The notes beneath the pieces are model-generated. The model saw only the letters and a program-made list of their open reading frames with translations. It was not told where the DNA came from and searched no databases. A program made the translations under genes and the position numbers. This document shows, one piece after another, positions 13,486-25,620 of a stretch of 64,000 nt of DNA (the stretch's first letter is position 1; each line of letters starts with the position of its first letter). Origin of the DNA: Octopus bimaculoides (lineage: Eukaryota); assembly GCF_001194135.2 (NCBI RefSeq), contig NC_069002.1, positions 1,591,065-1,655,064 on the forward strand. Direction: 5' to 3'.

Positions 13486-14398
13486 TATTATGAAGATTGG
13501 TTCATCTTTTCTTCCACTGAGAACGATTTGGGTTCGAAATTCAGTGCCGAATGATAAAAAGGGTTAACTTTAATTAAAGGCCCTACCACTCGCCAACCAA
13601 CCTATCACCGATCAATTGCGCTGTGTGTCTGGTGCTAAAATAGTGACCTCTGATCATAAATTTACTGTTAGCTGCGAAAATGGTGTGAAATATCTCGTTC
13701 AGAAACACCTCTGTAACAAGATATTAACTAGAAAAGAGAGTTTATTCTTATATTCCATTGGGTAATGTCAATTTACCAACATGTGTGTGGGGGGGGGTCT
13801 ATGTTTCTGTGTTTGTAGAGTAGTGCAAAATGTTGTATGTGTGTGTGTATGTATGTGTGGTGGTTAGTTGTTGTGCGTAATTTATGTGCATATGTGTATG
13901 TGTGAGTATGCGTGTGTCTGTATGTTTTAGTGGAGTTATGTACGTATGCATATTTTAGTACAATGTGTATGTATGTATTTTATGCGTGTATATTAGTTGT
14001 GTGTGTGTGCGCGCGCGCGCGTGTTTTAGTACAGTGTGTGTGTGTGAGAAAAGCGGAGAGACAAAGAGACTGTTTTAGTTAAATGTGTGTGTATTTGCTA
14101 TGGCACATTCTGTTTGTGTGTGTGTAAGACGTATAAATGAATGTGCATTGCTTAGTTTGCTTTGTGTGTGTGTGTCTGTCTGTCTATATTTAGGAAGCTG
14201 TTATGGCTGGTCAGAGAGTGACCATTGGTTTCGCACCTATAAAGCGTTTAGTTGTGTAGGCGACTCGTCAGACGTAGAGTCACCTTTACCACTAAACGCT
14301 GAGGCTAATCAAAAAGTGAAAAAAAAAAAAAGATATATAGAAAATACAATAGCAACCATTACAACATTGAGGGGTGGTGTTCACAATTAGACTAAAAC

Positions 14399-14955
14399 AA
14401 GGCGGCGAGCTGGCAGAGACGTTAGCACGCCGGGCGAAATGCTTAGCGGTATTTCTTCTGTCTTTACGTTTCGAGTTCAAATTCCGTCGAGGTCGACTTT
14501 GCTTTTCATCCTTTCGAGGTCGATAAATTAAGTACCAGATGCGTACTGAGGTCGATCTTATCGACTGACTCTCTCTCCCACAAAATTTCGGGCTTTGTGC
14601 CTAGAGCAGAAAAGAATGTTATACTAAAACTTCACTCACAGAGTAGCCTCCCGCGCTTTCCTATAATTTCGTTCATTTAAGGGAATTATTTCCCTTGATA
14701 AACAGTAGCTTCCCTTACTTTTTAAACCACTTGCAAGATTATATTATTTCTAAGTGAAAATAGGGGAAATTTTAGCACGCCGAACAAAATGTTTAGCGGA
14801 GTTTCGTCCGTCTTTACGTTCCGAGTCCAAATTCTGCCCAGGTTGACTTTACCTTCCATCGTTCCAAGATCGATAAATTAAACACCAGCTAAGCACTGGG
14901 GTCGATCTAAGCGACTAATACCCGCCCCTGAAATCGCAGGCCTTGTGCCAAAATT
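14399..14955 (+). mobile_element. Two tandem SINE family A copies (14399-14615, 14774-14955)
   Basis: The first is near full length (ggcggcgagctggcagagacgttagcacgccgggcgaaatgcttagcggt...). Confidence 0.8.
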
Positions 14956-15074
14956 TGCTTTGCTCCTTTCTCGAATTCCCTCATTTCAGAAAATTTACTG
15001 CTGTGCAACGCAGTACATCACTCTCACCACACAGAGAGGAAAGGGTCTGTCTTCAGATTTTATATCTCATTTAC

Positions 15075-15130
15075 CATACAACTTGTTCCAACATAGCTGG
15101 GATTTGATTTTTGGAAAGATTCTTGGCCAT
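15075..15130 (-). CDS. Candidate first coding exon of an unidentified minus-strand gene (MAKNLSKNQIPAMLEQVV..)
   Basis: ATG in atcATGG context with an in-frame upstream TAA, TG|GTAAAT donor, ~200 bp from an RFX X-box and downstream of the TRMT2B poly(A) signal. No homology recognised. Confidence 0.25.
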
Positions 15131-15327
15131 GATAACCTTCAAGCTATGTCTCTTTCCACACACATTTTATCTGCCATGATCATTGATGGAACCTCTGTGG
15201 TGTGGTGAGATGGCCACACTCGGCTCGCTTTACACCCAAGCAACAGAAGCAAGTGAGAAAATAATAACATTATAACCTAGTTTGCATGTGCGACAGCGTT
15301 CAAGGTCAATCTGTGTACTTTAACTCC

Positions 15328-15341
15328 GTTACCATAGCAAC
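15328..15341. promoter_or_regulatory. RFX X-box motif
   Basis: GTTACCATAGCAAC fits the X-box consensus GTNRCC(N0-3)RGYAAC. Confidence 0.5.
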
Positions 15342-15728
15342 AGACCCCATACTTTTTGATCAGTCCTTGTATATGAATAAAAGAATCGAATGTGGCAGCT
15401 GGAACAGCTATGATCATAGAGTTGTTTCATAGGATTGACCCATGGTTAAACAACAACACATTTAAAACTCAAGGATGTGTTGTTGAGCAATCCCGTAACC
15501 TTCAGAATAGATAATTTGTTTCAAGACACTCTGTGTATCATGACAGGATGGTCATGGCTGGAACATCTCTGATCAACAGTTCTGTGTGACCCAGTTTCAC
15601 CAGTGGCTAAACAACAAAATCACTGCCAACAGCAACAAGTATTAATGTAGGATGGATAAGGATTAAAGAGATTATTATAGATACATGTTTTAGATTTAAA
15701 GGATTAAGAAAAAAACAGTTGAGAAACG

Positions 15729-15734
15729 TTTATT
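15729..15734 (-). terminator. Probable poly(A) signal of TRMT2B
   Basis: AATAAA on minus (TTTATT on plus), ~540 nt after the stop at 16277. A second copy lies near 15746. Confidence 0.4.
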
Positions 15735-16276
15735 AAATGCAAAGTTTATTTGAAAACTTCAGCGAATGTCAAACAAATGACAACAGAGTTAGAAAATGCT
15801 TATGAGAGATGTGTGAACATATTCACTAATGTAGAACATTTGAGAAGCATACAACAGCGAAGGAGCTCAGTTTCACATTGACAAGTGACAGAATCTCATT
15901 TTGTCAAGTGACATAGTTTTAGTTTTGAAAAATGGACAAGTAACACAGAATCAATTTTAACAAATTGGTTTCAATTTGACAAGTGACCTGACATCATTTT
16001 GGACGCTTGATTCAGTTTTACTTGAACGAATGATCAACTTTCACTTTGACAAGTGAGACACTTTTTTTTGACAGTTTCATTTTCAAATGAAATGACAAAT
16101 GACAAAGTTTTACTTTGACAAGTATCACAGTTTCACTTTCTCTTTAACAGGTTTGGCTTTGTTTAACTTTAGAAAATGATCCACTTTTAACTGACTCCAA
16201 AAACAGCTCCAGATTGCTTGTATACTTTCACCTTGACATCAAGCTTTCATATATCTTCATCTTGGTAGGGTTTCCT

Positions 16277-19200
16277 TCACCTTTCAAAGACCACAACTAA
16301 CTCACAATGGACAGTGTGAGGAAACATATCTACAGGCACAGCACGAGTGGGAGAGAATGGATTCCCAGGAAGTTTTTCATTGGGAGGACAGCACAAACTG
16401 CAAACAATAAATATATTTCAAATAAATAACTATACACACATAGGTAGGTAGGGAGGGAGGGAGGGAGNNNNNNNNNNNNNNNNNNNNNNNNNNNNNNNNN
16501 NNNNNNNNNNNNNNNNNNNNNNNNNNNNNNNNNNNNNNNNNNNNNNNNNNNNNNNNNNNNNNNNNNNNNNNNNNNNNNNNNNNNNNNNNNNNNNNNNNNN
16601 NNNNNNNNNNNNNNNNNNNNNNNNNNNNNNNNNNNNNNNNNNNNNNNNNNNNNNNNNNNNNNNNNNNNNNNNNNNNNNNNNNNNNNNNNNNNNNNNNNNN
16701 NNNNNNNNNNNNNNNNNNNNNNNNNNNNNNNNNNNNNNNNNNNNNNNNNNNNNNNNNNNNNNNNNNNNNNNNNNNNNNNNNNNNNNNNNNNNNNNNNNNN
16801 NNNNNNNNNNNNNNNNNNNNNNNNNNNNNNNNNNNNNNNNNNNNNNNNNNNNNNNNNNNNNNNNNNNNNNNNNNNNNNNNNNNNNNNNNNNNNNNNNNNN
16901 NNNNNNNNNNNNNNNNNNNNNNNNNNNNNNNNNNNNNNNNNNNNNNNNNNNNNNNNNNNNNNNNNNNNNNNNNNNNNNNNNNNNNNNNNNNNNNNNNNNN
17001 NNNNNNNNNNNNNNNNNNNNNNNNNNNNNNNNNNNNNNNNNNNNNNNNNNNNNNNNNNNNNNNNNNNNNNNNNNNNNNNNNNNNNNNNNNNNNNNNNNNN
17101 NNNNNNNNNNNNNNNNNNNNNNNNNNNNNNNNNNNNNNNNNNNNNNNNNNNNNNNNNNNNNNNNNNNNNNNNNNNNNNNNNNNNNNNNNNNNNNNNNNNN
17201 NNNNNNNNNNNNNNNNNNNNNNNNNNNNNNNNNNNNNNNNNNNNNNNNNNNNNNNNNNNNNNNNNNNNNNNNNNNNNNNNNNNNNNNNNNNNNNNNNNNN
17301 NNNNNNNNNNNNNNNNNNNNNNNNNNNNNNNNNNNNNNNNNNNNNNNNNNNNNTATATATATATATATATGCTTATGTATATAACCCCTAAAACGCATAC
17401 TTACTGACGCCATTTCGGCCGGGGTTTACCACTGCAACAGCAGTTTCATTTATATCAAAGTAGGCACCAACAGAAATCTTTTTCAAAGCTTCACTGGCTC
17501 GAGAACAGATAAACTCAACGTTGTTAACATCTGCAAGAGAAAGAAACACCACAAATAGGTTTAGTGGCCTTTGAGTAGGTAAGTGTACGTGTGTGGGTGT
17601 AGGGGTTGCATTAGGGCCAGCAGCACTAATGAGTTTGTCGTGCACCTTGCAAAACAACAAATCCCAAGGAGGTAGCTTTATGCTCGGAGATAAGGGGTTA
17701 AAACTATGGGTGGGTCTGTGTGTTCACAAGTGTATATGTACATGTGATATATACACACACGCATATAATGAAAGGGGTTAGGCTGAGCTTTGCACAAAGA
17801 AAATGTTGTGACAGGCGAAATACCCCTAAGCATTCCATCCAGTGTGCTAACCATTCTGCCAACATGGGGTGCACACAGCTCGCAGTAAGTACAGGGGAAT
17901 AGCAACTGTCATGATAAATATATAAATAACTTACTGTTTAGTTTTGCATTTAGTTTAGCGTCATCGATGGCTTGCTGGATAATTTCTACACCAAACAATC
18001 TTTTGGCACTAGCTGCCATCGAGATACCAATTGACCCTGAAATTAAAACAAGACAATTTTAGAATCAACGACCCAAGTCACAGAGGTGTGATGAAACAAT
18101 AATCTACCAACTAAGAGCCATTGAAACAATAATGGTTTACCAGTTCCACAGCAGATGTCAAGGAATACATCAGTTGGTTTTAACTTGGCGCAGTCTTTGA
18201 TGACAGAATACAACACCTCAGCAGCACTGACATTGATCTGAAAGAAAGAGTCTATTGATATTCGGAATGTACAGTCGAGCAGGCGTTCAGTAATGTACGG
18301 TTGACCATAGAGTAACTGGAACGGCACAATTCCGGCATTGGCTCTGGAACTGAGTCTGAAACAGAAACAGCAGTAGTGCATTGGATTTCAGTATCAAACA
18401 TTGTTTAATGTTTAGCTCTCTCTTACACATTAACAACAACGAGAATTTTAATGTTATTTTCCTCACTATGGGACAGCGTGGCAAGCTCCATACTGGTTCC
18501 CTTTATTTCGATTGATAATCTACATCCCCCTCGTCACCAACCCTGCAAATCCTTATTTCCTACTCCTCCATCTTTAGCCATATCTTTCTCAGAATTCTTC
18601 CATTTCCTTTCATTCATTCCCTCTCACCCAGTCACATTTATCATCTGTCAGCACATGACCTAACTATGTTATCCTGTTTCTTTTTACATTAATTACTAAT
18701 TAAGAAGAAGAAGAAGAAGCAACAACAACAACATTATCATTAAACTAACAAAGAAGGTGAGAACTTACGTTGGTTGGAAAAAGAGTGTGTCCAAGCCACA
18801 AAGTCTACCTGGACCATTTTGAAAGTAGTTCAATAATTCTTCTTTGGCCTTCATTTGAATATCCTGCAATATCATTGTATATTATTGAGACACAGTGACA
18901 CAAGTACTTATACATCTAAGAGTCAAATCTTACTTTTGCTTCATCCCCTTCCCTAGAATATAACTGGTACTTATTTTATCAAATGTAAAATAACATCTGC
19001 ACAGACTATTTTCACTGAGAAGATTTGAGACTATGAAGGACATTCGCCTAAAATGCCTCACAATGGGATTGAACCAAAAAACACATCGTTGGGAAGCCAG
19101 CTTGATAACTACACAGCCATACATGCATTTCAGAAAAACTGTTTAACCCTTTAGCATTTAATCCGATGATGACGATGATGATGATACAAGACCCAAATAT

Positions 19201-19851
19201 TCTACTTGTATTTTTATGTTCAAACCGGCCAAATCCAGCACCCAGTCCACACTCTGTTAAGTGGTTGGCATATTAGGAAGGGCAGCATCCAGCTGTAGAA
19301 ACCATGCCAAACAGACAGTGGAACTTGATGCAGTCCTCCGGTACGCTGAATCAAGTGAAACCATCTGATCCATGCCAGCATGGAGGACAGACGTTAGATG
19401 ATGATAATGATGATGATGATTAATATTCTCCCCTCACCAACCTTGTTGCCCTCATTGACTTACTTACAGATTAAAGGCAGGCCCCCTGAAGTCTCTCTCT
19501 CTCTACATACGGAAAACCACCCAAGAAAAGTTTTGGAAATGAAGCTCTCCCCCCACTTCCACCACCAGAAGTTGTTGTTGTTGGTGGTGGTTTAAGGAAC
19601 ATGTCGTATACAAACCTCAGACTTTCTCTGCGGATGGAAGATAATGTAGGCCATAGACTGACCAAGTGTTGACGAGCGGACTGACATGATCCGCCAGTGT
19701 CCTGTCGGTTGGTGCAGTTTTCCCACACCCTCGAATTCAGGCCAGGTGAAAGGCTCGATGGAAGACGTGCTAATGAAATCTCCAAAGGCCTGGAAAATTA
19801 CCAATAAGACAAAAAAGTGATGACTGAAAAAGTGATTAACTGTTCCATTGT

Positions 19852-19882
<31 letters not shown>

Positions 19883-22800
19883 AACAGTGAAATGGTGGTG
19901 GTGAGTGTGTTATGATGATGGTGAAAATCAAAGCCAAATACCAGTTCCTTCAAGCCAAAGAAAAAGGCCTCAACATGGTTGCTTGAGCTGCAAGAAATAG
20001 CAGCCTAACCTAAACCGAATCACATCATGCCCTCTTGAAAAGCAAAGGAAAGCACATATCAAGAAATAATATGGTTCTGGATACGTTATAACTTAATCAA
20101 AGACAGGGTGGGCATGGCTGGGAAGCTTTTGATCACATGTTGCTCAATAAGAGCTGTATGGTAGCTTAATATGACATGCTCATCAGGTTGTAAGTGTGGC
20201 TATGGAGGTTGTAAGTGTAGCTATGGCAGTTGTAAGTGTAGCTATGAGGGTCGTAAGTGTAGCTATGAGGGTTGTAAGTGTAGCTATGAGAGTCGTAAGT
20301 GTAGCTATGAAGGTTGTAAACGTAGCTATGAATGTCTGAAATAAAGCTACAGAGGCCGTAAATATAACTCATATCATTGTCCCAGAATATCAAAAACCAG
20401 CCCTTAAAAACTGGATTATGAGGAGGCATTTAAATTTCCTTCATGGCTTTATGACTCTACTAAGACTTACCCTTGTGATCTCCTTGTGCTTCTCTCCCAC
20501 ATTGGCTAAGTAAGTGTTGGGTACTATGTAAGATCTGGTACCTGAGCAGAAAAACAAACAAGAAATAATATTCTAGCATAAAAGAATAAAAAACAATAAT
20601 AAATATAATTAACTAGAAAAGCACTCACAGGGTGCAGACCTCCACCAAGCAGCTCATTTCCACCCATATACACGCATGCTGAAAATCGCCCAATTTCCCA
20701 AACCAACACCGGCAAAAACATAACCTCCTTCGTGGGGGTTAAAAAAAAACCCTTTAAAAACAGGAATCATTTGAAGCAGTTATAATACATCAATAACAAA
20801 AGCAAACTAGTTTCACAGCAGCAGTGTTTAGTGAAAAACATGGTTGGCCAAGAGGGAAATATCTAGCTTGCTTGGAACCAGGTGGAGGTAAGCAACAGGA
20901 AGAGCATCCCTCTGTAGAATCTCTGCCGTCTGTTCCATACAAGCATGGAGAAGTGGACATTAAAANNNNNNNNNNNNNNNNNNNNNNNNNNNNNNNNNNN
21001 NNNNNNNNNNNNNNNNNNNNNNNNNNNNNNNNNNNNNNNNNNNNNNNNNNNNNNNNNNNNNNNNNNNNNNNNNNNNNNNNNNNNNNNNNNNNNNNNNNNN
21101 NNNNNNNNNNNNNNNNNNNNNNNNNNNNNNNNNNNNNNNNNNNNNNNNNNNNNNNNNNNNNNNNNNNNNNNNNNNNNNNNNNNNNNNNNNNNNNNNNNNN
21201 NNNNNNNNNNNNNNNNNNNNNNNNNNNNNNNNNNNNNNNNNNNNNNNNNNNNNNNNNNNNNNNNNNNNNNNNNNNNNNNNNNNNNNNNNNNNNNNNNNNN
21301 NNTATATATATATATATATATATATGATGGATGATGGTTCTTTGTCTGTCACACTTCCTCTCATTTCTTTGTCTCTCACACTTCCTCTCATTTCTACAAG
21401 CAATGATTATCAAAATCTTCACTCACAGATGGTAAACAGGGATCCAGTGGACACATCAAATGAAAGTTTTTCAGGTTTTCTACCATTTTGTTTGAGAGAG
21501 GATACTGCTGGTAACAGACAAAACGATTCATAGTTTTCTGCAGGACATCCTGGATTTCTCTGTTCTTGTACTGCAATGAAGAACAAACAAGAAAGACATC
21601 AGCATCATCATCATCAGCACCACCACCACCACCATCATCATTGCTTTAATGTCTGCTATGCCTTTCCAATGCCTGCATGTGTCTGACGGTTCGCAGGAGC
21701 ACAATTTCCAAAATCAGATGCCATTCCTTCCATCAACACTCTCCTGCTTCCAAGCATGGTAGCATTTCTTTATGGCAAGATGGCAGAATCCCGACCATGG
21801 TCTGACAAAATGCTGCTAGGCATTTTGTCCATCTTCATGTTTTTGAGTTCAAATTCCGCCGAGGTTGACTTTGCCTAGATATATTTATGTTTATGGTGGC
21901 GGAAGGAAAATGATGAAATGGTCATGGCTGTAATGCCTTTTATTATTGGTCTGTAATACTTGGGCCACCATGGGGCACAGCAAAACAATAACAATCAAAA
22001 GAAGAAAAACAGGTGGAAGGGAAAAGGAAATACAGGAATCTCACCTCTAACTGTGCATCGTAGGACATCAAATATAAGGGGGTCACAGAAATGGCAACTC
22101 TGAAAACAATGAAGAAGAAAAATTATTAAAAATCATAATAATAATCCTTTTTACTATAGGCACAAGGCCTGAAATTTAGCGGGAGGGGTTAAGTCGATTA
22201 CATCGATCCCAGTACATAACTGGTACTTAATTTATCAACCCCAAAAGGACAAAAGGCAAAATCGACCTCAGTGGAATTTGACCTCAGAACGTAGCGAAGA
22301 GCGAAATACTGCTAAACATTTTTATCCAGCAAGGGCCAACCTTGTCACTCACCGTGTCACACTCAATCTCCCTATACTATGGGTAAGCGTGTGTCTGTGG
22401 AGCACTCGGCCACTTGCATGTTAATTCCACAAGCAGGCCGTTCTGTTGATCAGATCAACTGGATTCCTTGTTGCAGGAACCAATAGAGTGCCAGTTGTTG
22501 ACGATTTGTATTATAAAATCATAAATCACTTTGAACAGAATTACCAACCTGGTGTTACTTCAACAACAACAAAAAAACCCACCACCACCACCATCACTTT
22601 CCCTGTTCAGCCCCCTTAACCAGACAATCAGTTACCCATGTCTACACTTGGCAATTTCATTTCAAATTAATTGATTAGTTAATGAATTAATTAGCTTACT
22701 GTCGGAATTGATTGTTGACTGTAGATTTGTTCACCTGTGCCTTTGAATTGCAGTATGAAGAGCTAGCTAGGAACTTCTTTTTCTTCCTGAAATAGTTAAT

Positions 22801-24895
22801 AATAATAACAATAATAATAATTAATTCTTGTTTTATTGGCCACAAGGGCTAATATTAATAAAAAAACATGTAAGGACAAATTCAGGACAAAAAGTACAAA
22901 GAGTTTTGTCCGAAAAGAAAACGTTCGAATAATAATCACCATCATCAACACTTTACTTACCACACAGCCACGCCTGCGCTTACACACTCACACATGCTGG
23001 GCTTTTGCACAGTTTGTCCACCAATTTCCCCCACAAGCAATTGGCTGGGACAAGACTATAGCAGCAAACACCTGCCTCGAGTTCCACTCATTGGAATTGA
23101 ACCTGAAACCATGCAGATGTCAAGTGAACTTTTGTGTAGCCCACAACCATGCTTACAAATTATGATGATGATGATGATGGTGATGATGATATAAAAACAA
23201 ACAAACAAAAACAAAACAAAACATTACAAACTTTTTATGTCTGGATTTTACTGGTGGTACATTTGTTGATTCTGTTATGGTAGCAGTTTCAGAACTGAAT
23301 CTTTGGTTGGGAAACTTTCTCAGACATTGTAAGCCAAGAGATCTGCAGGAAAAAGAAAAAAGAAAAATGAAATAAAACATTTGGAAATTTTAGCTGTTCG
23401 ATAGTTAACAGTCAATAAAAAAAAAAACGGTAGAGATGGACTATATGTAATCTGAACCTTTCCCCCACTTATTTATTAATTTTTTTTTTTTACGNNNNNN
23501 NNNNNNNNNNNNNNNNNNNNNNNNNNNNNNNNNNNNNNNNNNNNNNNNNNNNNNNNNNNNNNNNNNNNNNNNNNNNNNNNNNNNNNNNNNNNNNNNNNNN
23601 NNNNNNNNNNNNNNNNNNNNNNNNNNNNNNNNNNNNNNNNNNNNNNNNNNNNNNNNNNNNNNNNNNNNNNNNNNNNNNNNNNNNNNNNNNNNNNNNNNNN
23701 NNNNNNNNNNNNNNNNNNNNNNNNNNNNNNNNNNNNNNNNNNNNNNNNNNNNNNNNNNNNNNNNNNNNNNNNNNNNNNNNNNNNNNNNNNNNNNNNNNNN
23801 NNNNNNNNNNNNNNNNNNNNNNNNNNNNNNNNNNNNNNNNNNNNNNNNNNNNNNNNNNNNNNNNNNNNNNNNNNNNNNNNNNNNNNNNNNNNNNNNNNNN
23901 NNNNNNNNNNNNNNNNNNNNNNNNNNNNNNNNNNNNNNNNNNNNNNNNNNNNNNNNNNNNNNNNNNNNNNNNNNGCATGTAAAATCGAGTCTAAGTAAAC
24001 AACCTTCAGAACAACCTGGAATCGTCGGAAATACCTTTTATCTTTTTACGTGTTTCAGTCATTAGATTGCGGCCATACTGGGGCACAACATTAAAGAATT
24101 TTTAGTGGTACGAACGCACCCTTTTTTTTAAGCCTGGGACTTATTCTATCATTCTCTTTTTCCGAACCGCTAAGTTACGGAGACATAAACAAATCGGTCA
24201 ACACCGCCGGGTGTCCATCATCGAAACACATCCCGCCCAAATATCCACATCCGCATATTTTGAGTTCTATTTTCCCTGTTTGCATCAAAACACACACACA
24301 CACACACATATATATATACATACATACATAAGATGGGGCTTCTTTCAGTTTCCGTCTACCAAATCCATTCACAAGTCTTTTGTTCGGTGCAAGGCTACAT
24401 TAGAAGGTGGTACGAAGTGGGACTGAACAAGGAACAACGCGGTTAAGAAGTAAACCACTCACCAAACGCCTGCATCATCAAATTCTAAAATATATTGTTT
24501 TTTTGCCTATAAAAATAATGTACGACAAAATCATAAAGGCAGTTTATGTGCGCCGTAGACATCGGCAACTTCCTCGTTGACTTATAAAGTATTATTTTAC
24601 ACAACACGTGTGGAATCCTAGAATGTTTACAAAATTACCAAAGTGCGGTGTCATATGTGTATAAAGTGTAACATAAAATGGTAATTATTAACTCATTTTA
24701 ATTAATCTAAGATAACACTTAAATGAAAACAAGTATTCATCTGTGAATATGGGACTGTGGCATATTGTTTCTATACGGTTGGTGGTACGTTCGGTTTTGT
24801 GCCGGTAATCGTTTTTTGTTTACATATATATATATATAAGACATATGATATTATAATAGTATGTTACAATACCTCAGTGGAAGCTGAAATGCCAT
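16277..24895 (-). CDS. TRMT2B: tRNA/rRNA (uracil-5-)-methyltransferase homolog B (TrmA family), predicted mitochondrial; multi-exon, two exons missing in assembly gaps
   Basis: Exons (minus): 24873-24895, 23232-23342, 22700-22786, 22045-22099, 21427-21570, [gap], 19616-19789, 18769-18863, 18141-18355, 17935-18036, 17405-17530, [gap], 16277-16397. All have AG/GT ends and matching phases. Motifs VTPLYLMSYDAQLE, SFFQIN, FLDICCGTG (SAM binding), VVNPGRNG and LCCPP...AVPVDMFPHTVHCELVVVFER-stop. NPxR, LCCPP and AVPVD.FPHT match TRMT2B rather than TRMT2A (DPPR, LCRAP). N-terminus MAFQLPLRSLGLQCLRKFPNQRFSS. Confidence 0.9.
20186..20332. repeat. 21-bp minisatellite, 7 copies
   Basis: Unit ggttgtaagtgtagctatgag with minor variants, in a TRMT2B intron. 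Confidence 0.9.
22145..22335 (-). mobile_element. SINE family A copy in TRMT2B intron
   Basis: ggcacaaggcctgaaatt..gtcgattacatcgatccccag..ggcaaaatcgacctc. Confidence 0.75.
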
Positions 24896-25513
24896 ATCGT
24901 CCGGAAAGAATGTGAAGTGTGGTGACTCAATTACCAGAAGAGGACTTCTTGTCGCAAGAATAATAACAGTAATACAGAGTGCGTAATGAATAAATGTGTA
25001 TGAGGAGTGAAATCCATATGTTTAGTCTGGTTGTGAAGTTAGGACCCTCATGGCTAAACCACGGTTCTTTTTGACAGCTTGGAACGAGCAATAAAACCGA
25101 CTGGGTGGTGGACACGATCTCCTCTACGGGGCTTCAATGTCATTTTTGTGATTTCGCTTCGCACGTTGTTAGGGAGGATAAAGGGAGGTAACTCCCGATG
25201 ATTACGCTGCAATTAACAAAATATGTTTATTTCATTGTTTGTGCGCCCTCGAATGCATGTATGTGTGTGTGTTTGGAGGAAGTAGTGAATTTGCAGAATA
25301 ATTATAGAGTAAAAAAAAATTCCTTGTATGTGTTCCGGTGTTTAGGTTCTGAGTTCAAATCCAGCCGAGCTTAGGAGTTACTTTTCACCCTTCCGGGCAG
25401 GATGAGATGAGGACCAGTCAAGTACTGAAGACGATATAGTCGACTAGGCTCTGCCCCACCAATTCCTGGTCTTGTTCCAATTTTAGAAACAATTGCTTGA
25501 ATTGGTGCTTCTT

Positions 25514-25544
<31 letters not shown>

Positions 25545-25606
25545 ACTTTAGGTTAGTTAGAATATGTTTGTAACGTATTCCAACATCTAAAGGCAGATTC
25601 ACAGCA

Positions 25607-25620
25607 GTTACCATGGAGAC
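25607..25620. promoter_or_regulatory. RFX X-box motif in TRMT2B/MEAF6 intergenic region
   Basis: GTTACCATGGAGAC (reverse complement GTCTCCATGGTAAC), a near-palindromic 14-bp RFX site. Confidence 0.45.

Noticed and set aside
16277-24895. Calling the methyltransferase TRMT2A
   Set aside because: It lacks an RRM, has NPGR instead of DPPR, has the LCCPP/AVPVD C-terminus and a presequence-like N-terminus.
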